NCBI GenBank assembly: GCA_017404555.1
Contig: JAFRCD010000010.1
Location: 8,416-72,415, forward strand
From: Bacilli bacterium
GTDB lineage: Bacteria > Bacillota_I > Bacilli_A > RF39 > UBA660
DNA length: 64,000 nt
Reading direction: 5' to 3'
Below, piece after piece: positions 7,933 through 16,493 of the stretch (positions are counted from its first letter, which is position 1; every line of letters starts with the position of its first letter). Below the pieces are notes generated by a model, which was not told the origin of the DNA, did not search any database, and worked only from the letters and a program-made list of their open reading frames with translations. Made by a program: the position numbers and the translations under genes.

Positions 7933-8802
7933 ATGAAAAATTTTGGAACATATGATGAAAAAACATTGAAAATGCTACAAAAGGTAGAACTAGAAATGTT
8001 GAAAGATATTAATAAAGTGTGTGAAAAATATGATATTAAATACTTTGCCTTAGATGGAACAGGTATAGGAGCTATGAGACACAAGGGCTTTATTCCTTGG
8101 GATGATGACATTGATTTAAGATTCCTAGAAAAAGATGTAAGTAAATTTGTCAAATGTATGCAAGAGGAAATGCCAGATAAATATTACTTTGTTAATGAAA
8201 CTAGCTTTAAAAATTATCCTCTATCTTTTACTAAAATGTGCAAAAAGGATACTATCTTTGTTGAACATGCTACAGCAAATTCAGGAGTAGAGATAGGTAT
8301 ATTTATTGATATTGTTCCAATGGTATATGTTGACGATAATGAAAAAATAAGAAATAAGAAATTACTAAAATCGTGGTATATATATAAATTAGGGGTTTTA
8401 GCGGCAGTTAAAAATCCGGTTTTAAGTTTTGGAGGAATTAAAGCAAAAATAGTAGTGGCCGGATGCTATATAATTCATTATTTATTAAAACTACTACATT
8501 TGGATTCTGGGTTCTTTTTCAAAAAAGGTTATAAAGTTGCACTTGCAAATAAAAAAACTAACACAATCGCATCACTAAATACAGTATATAAACTAACAAG
8601 TATATATTCTGTTAACGATGTGTTTCCAGTAGTAAAAACCAAGTTTGAAGACACTTATGTTTATGTGCCCAAAGAATGTGATAAGTTGCTAAGAATTTAC
8701 TTTGGGGATTATATGGAATTGCCGCCTGAGGAAAAAAGGCATAACCATTGTCCTAAAAAATTAGTATTCGATAAAGAAAAAGAAAGCGAGAATAAAGTTT
8801 AA
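7933..8802 (+). CDS. licD: LicD-family phosphotransferase (phosphocholine/phospho-alcohol transferase to glycopolymers)
   Basis: 'LKMLQKVELEMLKDINKVCEKYDIKYFALDGTGIGAMRHKGFIPWDDDIDL' is the characteristic LicD N-terminal region with the DDDID motif. Confidence 0.8.
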   Translation: MKNFGTYDEKTLKMLQKVELEMLKDINKVCEKYDIKYFALDGTGIGAMRHKGFIPWDDDIDLRFLEKDVSKFVKCMQEEMPDKYYFVNETSFKNYPLSFTKMCKKDTIFVEHATANSGVEIGIFIDIVPMVYVDDNEKIRNKKLLKSWYIYKLGVLAAVKNPVLSFGGIKAKIVVAGCYIIHYLLKLLHLDSGFFFKKGYKVALANKKTNTIASLNTVYKLTSIYSVNDVFPVVKTKFEDTYVYVPKECDKLLRIYFGDYMELPPEEKRHNHCPKKLVFDKEKESENKV

Positions 8803-8903
8803 AGCCAATGTAGAACTAAAAGGAGGCTATAATATCAATTATAGGCTCTTTTTTCTACCTTTCATGTGGCCTGGAAATATGCTATAATATAGATGGTGAT
8901 ATT

Positions 8904-10028
8904 ATGAAAAACGTTGGTGTTGTGAGTTACAACATTAGATGCAATTTTACAAATTATGGTTCTGCCCTACAATCATGGGCGTTGAAAGAAACTATTGAGA
9001 AAATAGGTGGAGACAAACTGCATGCAAAACTAGTTGATTATTGTCCAGACGCCCACAGAGAGAGCGATCCCTTAAATCCTTATAAAAACATGTGGGATAA
9101 GGATGCAACGGCCAGAAAGAACTGTGAATTAACAATGCCAGCTATAAGAGAGAATTATAAAAAGTTTGAAGATTTTTATAACACACAATTTGATCGAACT
9201 AAAAAAATGTATGTTTCAGAAAACTTTGACAGTATTGTAGAAGAAGAAAACATAAAAAAATTTGTATGCGGCGCTGATACCATCTTTTGCGTTGATGAAT
9301 TTGGTATAGATGATGTTTTTTATGCCAACAAAAAGTGCATGAAGGAAAATTATACCTTTTCTTATGCTGCTAGTTTTGGAGATTCTCATTTTACGGAAGA
9401 AACTTATAAGCTGTTGGATCAAAGATTAACTAATTTTAAAGCAATTGGAATCCGTGAAAGTGAAATGGTTGATTATATTAAAGAACGTACAGTAGTCGAT
9501 GTAGAAAGGGTTATTGATCCAACTCTATTGTTAGAGGCTGATGATTACGAAAAGATAACAACTAAGGAGGTTCCTAAAGAAAAATACGTTTTATTATATA
9601 CAAGACGTGGTAACCAAATTATGGAAGATTATGCCGATATGATTGCCAATAAACTTCACTGCAAAGTCATTGAAATAAGTTTGAAAGCAACTAATAAAGA
9701 TAAACATGAAATGAGATATGATGCTGGTGTTGAGGAATTCCTAAATCTAGTAAAAAATGCTGAATATGTAGTAACTAATTCATATCATGGAATGATATTC
9801 TGTGTTCAATTTAGAAAGGACTTTGTTATTTTTTCTCGAGAACAATGCGACACTAAAATTGAAGAATTATTAAATATTATGGGTCTCCGAGATAGATTAT
9901 TAGTCACAGGGAAAGAAAGATTTAAAGAAGAGATAGACTATGATGCTGTTCACAACAATATTAAATCAGAAAAAGAAAAGAGTATTAAGTTTTTACAAAA
10001 ACAATTAAAAAAGGTAATAGGTGAGTAA
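8904..10028 (+). CDS. Polysaccharide pyruvyl transferase family protein
   Basis: N-terminal 'VGVVSYNIRCNFTNYGSALQSWAL' and a C-terminal 'VVTNSYHGMIF' pattern typical of PS_pyruv_trans proteins. It has its own extended -10 TGCTATAAT at 8880-8888. Confidence 0.7.
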   Translation: MKNVGVVSYNIRCNFTNYGSALQSWALKETIEKIGGDKLHAKLVDYCPDAHRESDPLNPYKNMWDKDATARKNCELTMPAIRENYKKFEDFYNTQFDRTKKMYVSENFDSIVEEENIKKFVCGADTIFCVDEFGIDDVFYANKKCMKENYTFSYAASFGDSHFTEETYKLLDQRLTNFKAIGIRESEMVDYIKERTVVDVERVIDPTLLLEADDYEKITTKEVPKEKYVLLYTRRGNQIMEDYADMIANKLHCKVIEISLKATNKDKHEMRYDAGVEEFLNLVKNAEYVVTNSYHGMIFCVQFRKDFVIFSREQCDTKIEELLNIMGLRDRLLVTGKERFKEEIDYDAVHNNIKSEKEKSIKFLQKQLKKVIGE

Positions 10029-10029
10029 T

Positions 10030-11727
10030 ATGAATAATAAATATCTTAGTAATAAAATACTAATCGAATTATTAAAAAAATATGGAATTAAAAAGTTAGT
10101 CCTATCATCTGGCTGTAGAAATGTGCCGTTTGTTTCAAATGTTGAAACTGATCCTGACTTCGAATGCTTTTCAGTAATTGATGAAAGAAACGCTGCCTTC
10201 TTTGGGATGGGGTTGAGTGAGGAGGCTAAAGAACCAGTTGCTATTGCCTGTACAAGTGGTACGGCTGCTTCTAATTATGTTTCTGGTGTTACAGAAGCAT
10301 ATTATTCTAAAGTGCCTTTAGTCGTTTTAACTTTTGATAGACATCCTTATATGTATAATCAATTGGAGACCCAAAAAATTGATCAGGAATCTATTTTTGA
10401 ATCTATTACTAAAAAAAGTGTAACATTACCGATTATTAAAGACGAAGAAGATGTTTGGTATTGTAATAGACTTATTAATGAAGCTTTTATAGAAATGACA
10501 AGGCATGGTGTAGGACCAGTACATATTAATGTTCCATTAGCTGGCGATATGAATAGCTTGTTTAATGATGATAGTAATAAAATGTCTGAAAAGGGAATGA
10601 AAAAAATTAATTATGTTTCTACAAATAATATGGTTTGGTTAAATAAAGTAGAAGAACTTCTTAAAACAAAAAAAGTACTCTTTATTCTAGGACAAGATTC
10701 CCTTTTAACAGATAAAGAAAAAGAAAAATTACGTAAATTTGCCGAAATTATGGACTGCCCTATACTGACAGATAATTTATCAAATTTTAAAAGTGAGCAT
10801 AATATTCTTGCAGGTCCCATTATTAAAGCTTTGAATTCTAAGACTATAAACGTTTTATTACCTGAGATAGTAATATCATATGGAAATAACATGCAAGAAA
10901 GAATAAAGGAAGTATTACGGGGGAAGAATATCAAACATTGGTATATTACACCTGATGGTAAAATTAGGGATTGTTTTAAAGCGTTAGATACAATATTTGA
11001 ATGTAGTATAAATGAATTTTTAGATATGTTTAATAAAAATTTTGAGAATAAGTATAAGCCAGATAAAAAATACTTTGAGAAATGGAAAAATATATCTGAA
11101 AGTATAAAACTACCAGAAATGCCATTTACTAATTTTTATGTTGCTAAAGAATTTTCTAAAATAATACCACATGATTCACTACTGCATTTGAGCATATTGA
11201 ATGCTACTAGACAGATGCAATTTTTCAATTTAGATGAATCGATAAAAGTATTTAGCAATGTTAATGCGTTTGGAATAGATGGGTGCTTGCCTACTTTTAT
11301 GGGACAAGCATATGCAACTGATAATTTAGCCTTTATTATGATAGGAGATTTAAGCTTCTTCTATGGTATGAATGCGTTATCGATAAAGCACAGGAAGAAG
11401 AATATTAGAGTATTAATGATTAATAATGGTGGTGGAGCCGAATTTCATATTCAACCTGATTCTAATAGCATCCCAACCATTGACTTGCATATTGGAGCGG
11501 CGCATAACAGGACTGCCAAAGAATGGGCAATTTCATCAGGATATAAATATTTAACCGCCAACGATAAAGAATCATTTGATAAGAATATTAAAGAATTCAT
11601 TTCTTCTGATAGTAAGGAGCCAATATTCTATGAAGTTTTTACGGATATGAAAACTGATGGAGAATTTTGTCTATCAGTGTATAGATATATGGAAGAAAGT
11701 ATAAAAGATTTGTTAAAAGAGGATTAA
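10030..11727 (+). CDS. Thiamine-diphosphate-dependent enzyme, MenD (SEPHCHC synthase)-like
   Basis: AGGTGA RBS, with ATG 10030 one nt after the upstream stop. PYR domain 'SSGCRNVPF..ERNAAFFGMG..CTSGTAASNY..LTFDRHP'. ThDP/Mg motif 'GDLSFFYGMNAL...NNGGGAEF'. Confidence 0.65.
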   Translation: MNNKYLSNKILIELLKKYGIKKLVLSSGCRNVPFVSNVETDPDFECFSVIDERNAAFFGMGLSEEAKEPVAIACTSGTAASNYVSGVTEAYYSKVPLVVLTFDRHPYMYNQLETQKIDQESIFESITKKSVTLPIIKDEEDVWYCNRLINEAFIEMTRHGVGPVHINVPLAGDMNSLFNDDSNKMSEKGMKKINYVSTNNMVWLNKVEELLKTKKVLFILGQDSLLTDKEKEKLRKFAEIMDCPILTDNLSNFKSEHNILAGPIIKALNSKTINVLLPEIVISYGNNMQERIKEVLRGKNIKHWYITPDGKIRDCFKALDTIFECSINEFLDMFNKNFENKYKPDKKYFEKWKNISESIKLPEMPFTNFYVAKEFSKIIPHDSLLHLSILNATRQMQFFNLDESIKVFSNVNAFGIDGCLPTFMGQAYATDNLAFIMIGDLSFFYGMNALSIKHRKKNIRVLMINNGGGAEFHIQPDSNSIPTIDLHIGAAHNRTAKEWAISSGYKYLTANDKESFDKNIKEFISSDSKEPIFYEVFTDMKTDGEFCLSVYRYMEESIKDLLKED

Positions 11728-11728
11728 T

Positions 11729-12763
11729 ATGCAAGAAAAAAGTATTTTAATATTGGGTGGCACCGGTGCCATGGGAACATCTTTAGTAGAGATATTGTCA
11801 CATGATGATAAATATAGTGTCTTTGTGACTACACGGCAAAGCAACCATAATGATTATAAAAATATAAAATATATAATTGGAAATGCTAGAGAAGAAGCTT
11901 TCATTCAGCAGGTATGTTCAAAAAAGTATGATGTAATTGTTGATTTCATGAACTATAATTTAGATGAATTTGAGAATTATCATACTGCACTTCTTAATGC
12001 TGCTGATCACTATTTGTTCTTAAGCTCTTGCCGGGTTTTCAGCAACGCTGAATTAATAGATGAAAGCACCCCTAGACTGTTAGAAACAACTAATGACACG
12101 GAGTTTTTAAAAACAAATAGATATGCATTAAGAAAGGCTCGAGAAGAGGATATCCTAACAAATTCTCCATATAATAATTGGACTATTATAAGACCATATA
12201 TTACATATAGTAATAGACGGTTACAACTAGGAATCTATGAGAAAGAAGAATGGTTATATAGATTATTAAACAATAGGCCATTAATATTACGAAAAGAAAT
12301 TTTAGATAAGTATACAACATTAACATATGGTAAAGATGTAGCATTAGGTATATATAATATTATTAATAATGAAAAATCATTAGGGCAAAAGATAAATATT
12401 GTCACAGAGGAATATACTACATGGCAAGACATATTGGATAAATATAAAGAAGTATTAAATCGCGAATTAAATATTGAACCAGAAATCTATTATGAAGAAA
12501 ATTTAGATGAGATTGAAATGTTGTTTGAGGGTGGTTATAACACTAAATATGACCGCTTATGGAATCGTCGATTTAAAAATGATAAAACAAAAGAATATTG
12601 TGGGGATATTGACTACAAAAAACCTTTACCAGGGATTGAACAATGCTTAGTAGAGCTAATTAACGATTGGAAAAAAGGTAAGGAAGTATTTAGAACAATA
12701 AATAGCGAATACGAGGACAAAATGAATAACTTGTGTAATCAAAAAACAAAGAGAAAGAGATGA
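11729..12763 (+). CDS. NAD(P)-dependent epimerase/dehydratase family (extended SDR) protein
   Basis: Rossmann motif 'ILILGGTGAMGTSL' and a candidate YxxxK 'YALRK'. Confidence 0.7.
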   Translation: MQEKSILILGGTGAMGTSLVEILSHDDKYSVFVTTRQSNHNDYKNIKYIIGNAREEAFIQQVCSKKYDVIVDFMNYNLDEFENYHTALLNAADHYLFLSSCRVFSNAELIDESTPRLLETTNDTEFLKTNRYALRKAREEDILTNSPYNNWTIIRPYITYSNRRLQLGIYEKEEWLYRLLNNRPLILRKEILDKYTTLTYGKDVALGIYNIINNEKSLGQKINIVTEEYTTWQDILDKYKEVLNRELNIEPEIYYEENLDEIEMLFEGGYNTKYDRLWNRRFKNDKTKEYCGDIDYKKPLPGIEQCLVELINDWKKGKEVFRTINSEYEDKMNNLCNQKTKRKR

Positions 12764-12767
12764 TAAA

Positions 12768-13841
12768 ATGATTAACTTTACAATTGGGCCAGTACAATCT
12801 AGCAAAGAAATAAGAAGAATTGGTGGCGAACAAGTACCATATTTTAGAACGCAAGAGTTTTCTAATTTGATGCTTGAAAATGAAAAACTAATTAAAAAAT
12901 TTATGGATGCTACTGAAGAAAGCAAAGTAGCATTTATAACTGGATCAGGGACAGCTTCCATGGAAGCAACTATTATGAATTTATTAACTAAAGAAGATAA
13001 AGCTTTAATTGTAAATGGTGGTGGTTTTGGACATAGATTTGTTGAGCTTTGTGAACTATATGAAGTTCCTTGTGATCAAATAATTCTAGATGTAGGACAA
13101 CCATTAACCGAAGAAATATTAAATAAATATAATCCTAGCGATTATAGTACCTTTATTGTAAACGTTCATGAAACCACGACTGGTGTTCACTATGATTTAA
13201 AATTAATTCATGATTTTTGTAAAAGAAACAGTTTGTTTTTAATAGTAGATGCTATCAGTTCATTTTTAGCGGATGAATTAAGTATGAAAGATGATGGAAT
13301 AGATGTGGTTATAACTGGATCTCAGAAAGCCTTGGCTTGTCCTCCAGGAATATCCATTATAACGTTATCTGAGAAAGCTGTGGAAAGGGTATATCAGAAT
13401 AACCCTAAGTGCCTATATTTAAACTTAAAAGAGGCCTTAGAAAATGCTAAAAGGGGACAGACACCTTTTACTCCAGCAGTAAGCATATTAAGACAAATAA
13501 ACGCTAGATTAAAACAAATTGATAATGCTGGTGGAACTGCATCAGAAGTAAAGAGAATATCAGCTCTAGCGAAATATTTCCGAGAAAGTATCAAGGATTT
13601 ACCATTTGAATATGTAACTAATTCACCATCTAATGCCATTACAGCACTTTCACCATTAAATGCTAGTGCCAATGATATATTTTTAGAACTAAAAGATAAT
13701 TATGGTATTTGGATATGTCCAAATGGTGGTGAATTAAAAGATAAGGTATTCAGAGTTGGGCATATAGGGGATCTAACTAATGAAGACTATGATAAATTAA
13801 TAGAGGCCTTCAAAGATTTACAAAAAAAAGGATTAATCTAG
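12768..13841 (+). CDS. Class V (AGXT/PhnW/SerC-like) pyridoxal-phosphate aminotransferase
   Basis: 'GSGTASMEA', 'DAISS' and 'TGSQKALACPPG' (PLP lysine context). Confidence 0.75.
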   Translation: MINFTIGPVQSSKEIRRIGGEQVPYFRTQEFSNLMLENEKLIKKFMDATEESKVAFITGSGTASMEATIMNLLTKEDKALIVNGGGFGHRFVELCELYEVPCDQIILDVGQPLTEEILNKYNPSDYSTFIVNVHETTTGVHYDLKLIHDFCKRNSLFLIVDAISSFLADELSMKDDGIDVVITGSQKALACPPGISIITLSEKAVERVYQNNPKCLYLNLKEALENAKRGQTPFTPAVSILRQINARLKQIDNAGGTASEVKRISALAKYFRESIKDLPFEYVTNSPSNAITALSPLNASANDIFLELKDNYGIWICPNGGELKDKVFRVGHIGDLTNEDYDKLIEAFKDLQKKGLI

Positions 13842-13854
13842 GAAGTGAATTATT

Positions 13855-15195
13855 ATGAAAAAAGTAATAACTTATGGTACATATGACCTGCTTCATTATG
13901 GTCACATCAGGCTTTTAGAAAGAGCTAAAGAGTTAGGAGATTATTTAATAGTTGGGGTAACATCAGATGATTTTGACAAGAGAAGAGGCAAGATAAACGT
14001 TCAGCAATCCCTAATTGAAAGAGTACAAGCAGTAAAAAGCACTGGTTTAGCTGATGAGATAATAATTGAAGAATATGAGGGCCAAAAAATAGATGATATT
14101 TGTAACTATGGTATAGATATATTTACTGTTGGATCAGACTGGGTAGGCAAATTTGATTATTTAAAGGAGTATTGTGAGGTAATATATTTAGATAGGACCG
14201 AAGGTGTTTCCAGCACTGAGATTAGGAGTAAAAATAGATCTCTTAATCTAGGAATAGTAGGTTCATTTAACTTTATTCAAAAACACTTAAACGAATCAAA
14301 ATATGTAAATGGGTTAGAAATAACTAAAATCAACTCTGAAGATAAAATACCTAAACACATGCTAAAAGAATACAATCTAACAGTAGAAGATGATTATGAT
14401 AAATTATTAGATAGTGTTGACGCTATTTATATTGCAACTAATCCTGATAAGCATTACGAAATAATAAAGAAAGCTATTGAAAAAAAGAAACATGTATTAT
14501 GTGAATCACCAATAACTTTGAAAAAAGAGGAATGTAAGAAATTGTTAGCTCTGGCTGATAAAAAAGGTGTTGTTTTAATGGAAGCTATTAAAACCAATTA
14601 TGCTAATGCATATATGCGCTTGATGCTACTTGCTAAAACAGGGGTAGTAGGGAAAATAGTTTCGGTTGATGCAACATGTACCAGTTTAAGACAATTAGAA
14701 GAATTAGGAGAAAAGAAGATAACTAATTATCAAAATAGTATCTGTGCTTGGGGACCAACTGCTATGCTACCAGTATTTCAATTGCTAGGAACTAAGTATA
14801 AAGAAAAACATATTACATCTTTATTGAGTGATAAGAATAAGAATTTTGATTTGTTCACAAAGATAAGCTTTGATTATAAAGATGCAACAGCAACAATCAA
14901 AGTAGGAAAGGGAGTAAAGTCAGAAGGGGAATTGATAATATCAGGTACAAAAGGGTATATCTATGTTCCAGCACCATGGTGGAAAATAGATTACTTTGAG
15001 GTAAGGTATGAAGATCCTGCCAAAAACAGAAGATATTTCTACCAATTAGAAGGCGAAGGGATACGATATGAATTAATTAGTTTCTTAAGGGCTATTAACA
15101 AGAAAACTAAGGTTGGTGGAATAAAGAAAGACACCACATTGGCTATCGTCGAAGTAATTGAAGATTTTTATAATAAAAAGAAAAATACTATATAG
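13855..15195 (+). CDS. Bifunctional glycerol-3-phosphate cytidylyltransferase (TagD-like) / Gfo-Idh-MocA oxidoreductase fusion
   Basis: The N-terminal ~130 aa, 'KVITYGTYDLLHYGHIRLLERAKELGDYLIVG...GSDWVGKFDYLKEYCEVIYLDRTEGVSSTEIR', closely resemble my recollection of B. subtilis TagD (HxGH motif). The C-terminal ~310 aa carry a Gfo/Idh/MocA-type Rossmann fold ('LNLGIVGSFNF', 'HVLCESP'). Confidence 0.75.
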   Translation: MKKVITYGTYDLLHYGHIRLLERAKELGDYLIVGVTSDDFDKRRGKINVQQSLIERVQAVKSTGLADEIIIEEYEGQKIDDICNYGIDIFTVGSDWVGKFDYLKEYCEVIYLDRTEGVSSTEIRSKNRSLNLGIVGSFNFIQKHLNESKYVNGLEITKINSEDKIPKHMLKEYNLTVEDDYDKLLDSVDAIYIATNPDKHYEIIKKAIEKKKHVLCESPITLKKEECKKLLALADKKGVVLMEAIKTNYANAYMRLMLLAKTGVVGKIVSVDATCTSLRQLEELGEKKITNYQNSICAWGPTAMLPVFQLLGTKYKEKHITSLLSDKNKNFDLFTKISFDYKDATATIKVGKGVKSEGELIISGTKGYIYVPAPWWKIDYFEVRYEDPAKNRRYFYQLEGEGIRYELISFLRAINKKTKVGGIKKDTTLAIVEVIEDFYNKKKNTI

Positions 15196-15213
15196 TAAGA
15201 ATGGGGCGAGAGA

Positions 15214-15573
15214 ATGGAAGATATAAAAATAATTGACCAATTTATGGATGAAAGAGAATTTAGAAACTATATAGTAAAACTATTAGATGAAAATGGTTTT
15301 ACTGATATTTCTATTGAGGATGCTCGTCTTAGTGATGAGGAACCAAAAAATAATAATGATTTAATAGCTAAAAAAGGTAAAGAAAGATATACTATTCAGA
15401 CTTTCTTAAATAAGGAAATAGGTTCCAAAGAAATAAAAGAAACATTAAGGGATATGAAAGAAGAATATGCTTCTAAAGCATTAATAATTACCAATAAGGA
15501 AGTATCTGAAGAAGTAATTAAAGAAGCAGAAGAAGCTGGCATAGAAATTTGGGATCGAAAAAAGTTTAAATAA
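15214..15573 (+). CDS. Small restriction-endonuclease-fold (Mrr_cat-like) protein
   Basis: Pattern 'GFTDI...NDLIAKKGKERYTIQTF...ALIITNKEVSEEVIKEAEEAGIEIWDRKKF' resembles the Mrr catalytic domain. The usual Q-x-K lysine is replaced (QTF). Confidence 0.45.
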   Translation: MEDIKIIDQFMDEREFRNYIVKLLDENGFTDISIEDARLSDEEPKNNNDLIAKKGKERYTIQTFLNKEIGSKEIKETLRDMKEEYASKALIITNKEVSEEVIKEAEEAGIEIWDRKKFK

Positions 15574-15603
15574 AAAGCACAACTATTAAGTTGTGTTTTT
15601 ATT
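15572..15603. terminator. Bidirectional terminator (copy B of the repeated hairpin)
   Basis: CACAACT/AGTTGTG perfect stem, loop ATTA, flanked by A- and T-runs. It sits between convergent genes. Confidence 0.7.
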
Positions 15604-15799
15604 CATCACGATAAGTATATTCCTTTAGCTTTTTCTTTAGTTTAAGTTCTTCTTTCCTAGTAGCTTTATCATAATAAGAAAACTCTGCTGATCTAGCTGT
15701 TTTTACTTGTTTACGAGTTTTAACTTTAGGAACTTTTATTATCCTATCTTCTTTCGGATCTTTCTTAGGAGTAACATCATAACTTTTAGGTTTAGTCAT
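15599..15799 (-). CDS. Small highly basic hypothetical protein (66 aa)
   Basis: Lys/Arg-rich ORF. Only coding potential and context support it. Confidence 0.4.
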   Translation of the reverse strand: MTKPKSYDVTPKKDPKEDRIIKVPKVKTRKQVKTARSAEFSYYDKATRKEELKLKKKLKEYTYRDE

Positions 15800-15891
15800 A
15801 TAATCACTTCCTAGTACTATTATAACGAAGAAATAAACTTTATTGCAAATATCTTTCTATCGGTATATACTAAAATTGAAAGGAGAAAAGG

Positions 15892-16422
15892 ATGAGAAAA
15901 GGAATAAAAATATTAAGTTCATTATTATTAGTGGTTGCAGTTTTAACTTTAGTAGGTTGTGCTGCTAAAAGAGAAGATTTAAAATTTAATGATACTAAAG
16001 GAAGTTTGGTTTTCTCTGTAAAAGAGGATGGTAATTATAAGATTTCTAAAAACCCTAAGGACTTAAGAAATACTAGAGAACAAGGAGTATTAATTGGAAA
16101 AGACTTCAAAATAAGTATTGAGTTTGATGATTCATTTGGTTATTTCTTTGATGGTGATTTTAATAAACTAAAAGAGAAGAGAAGAAATGATTATGATGAC
16201 TTTAAAGAAGTAACTTATAGTGATATGGAAGGTATTCAATACTTCTATTCTGGTTATATGTGTTATAACGTTATCTTCCCAATTGAAGGAAATAAAGACT
16301 ATACTTTAGTTTTATCAGTTTATGGTGCTGAAGATAATGAAAAAGCTGCCAAAGAAGCTATTAAGAATGAAGAAGTATTAGATGTGCTAAATCATATAAG
16401 TAATGTTAAGGTAAAAAAATAA
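15892..16422 (+). CDS. Lipoprotein of unknown function
   Basis: Signal peptide with lipobox 'LVGC' and an AGGAGAAAAGG RBS. Confidence 0.7.
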   Translation: MRKGIKILSSLLLVVAVLTLVGCAAKREDLKFNDTKGSLVFSVKEDGNYKISKNPKDLRNTREQGVLIGKDFKISIEFDDSFGYFFDGDFNKLKEKRRNDYDDFKEVTYSDMEGIQYFYSGYMCYNVIFPIEGNKDYTLVLSVYGAEDNEKAAKEAIKNEEVLDVLNHISNVKVKK

Positions 16423-16446
16423 GTATCGATAACGATACTTTTTCTT
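16421..16446 (+). terminator. Rho-independent terminator
   Basis: AAGTATCG/CGATACTT stem followed by a T-run. Confidence 0.7.
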
Positions 16447-16493
16447 TGCGAAAAGAGTCAAATTAAGATAAAATATTATTAGGAAGTGGTTAT

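Noticed and set aside
7933-15195. Interpretation of the cassette as a 2-aminoethylphosphonate (PepM/Ppd/AEP-transaminase/LicD) pathway.
   Set aside because: No PEP mutase is present. The ThDP enzyme is a full-length three-domain MenD-like protein rather than the ~380-aa phosphonopyruvate decarboxylase. The cytidylyltransferase is TagD-like and is fused to an oxidoreductase.
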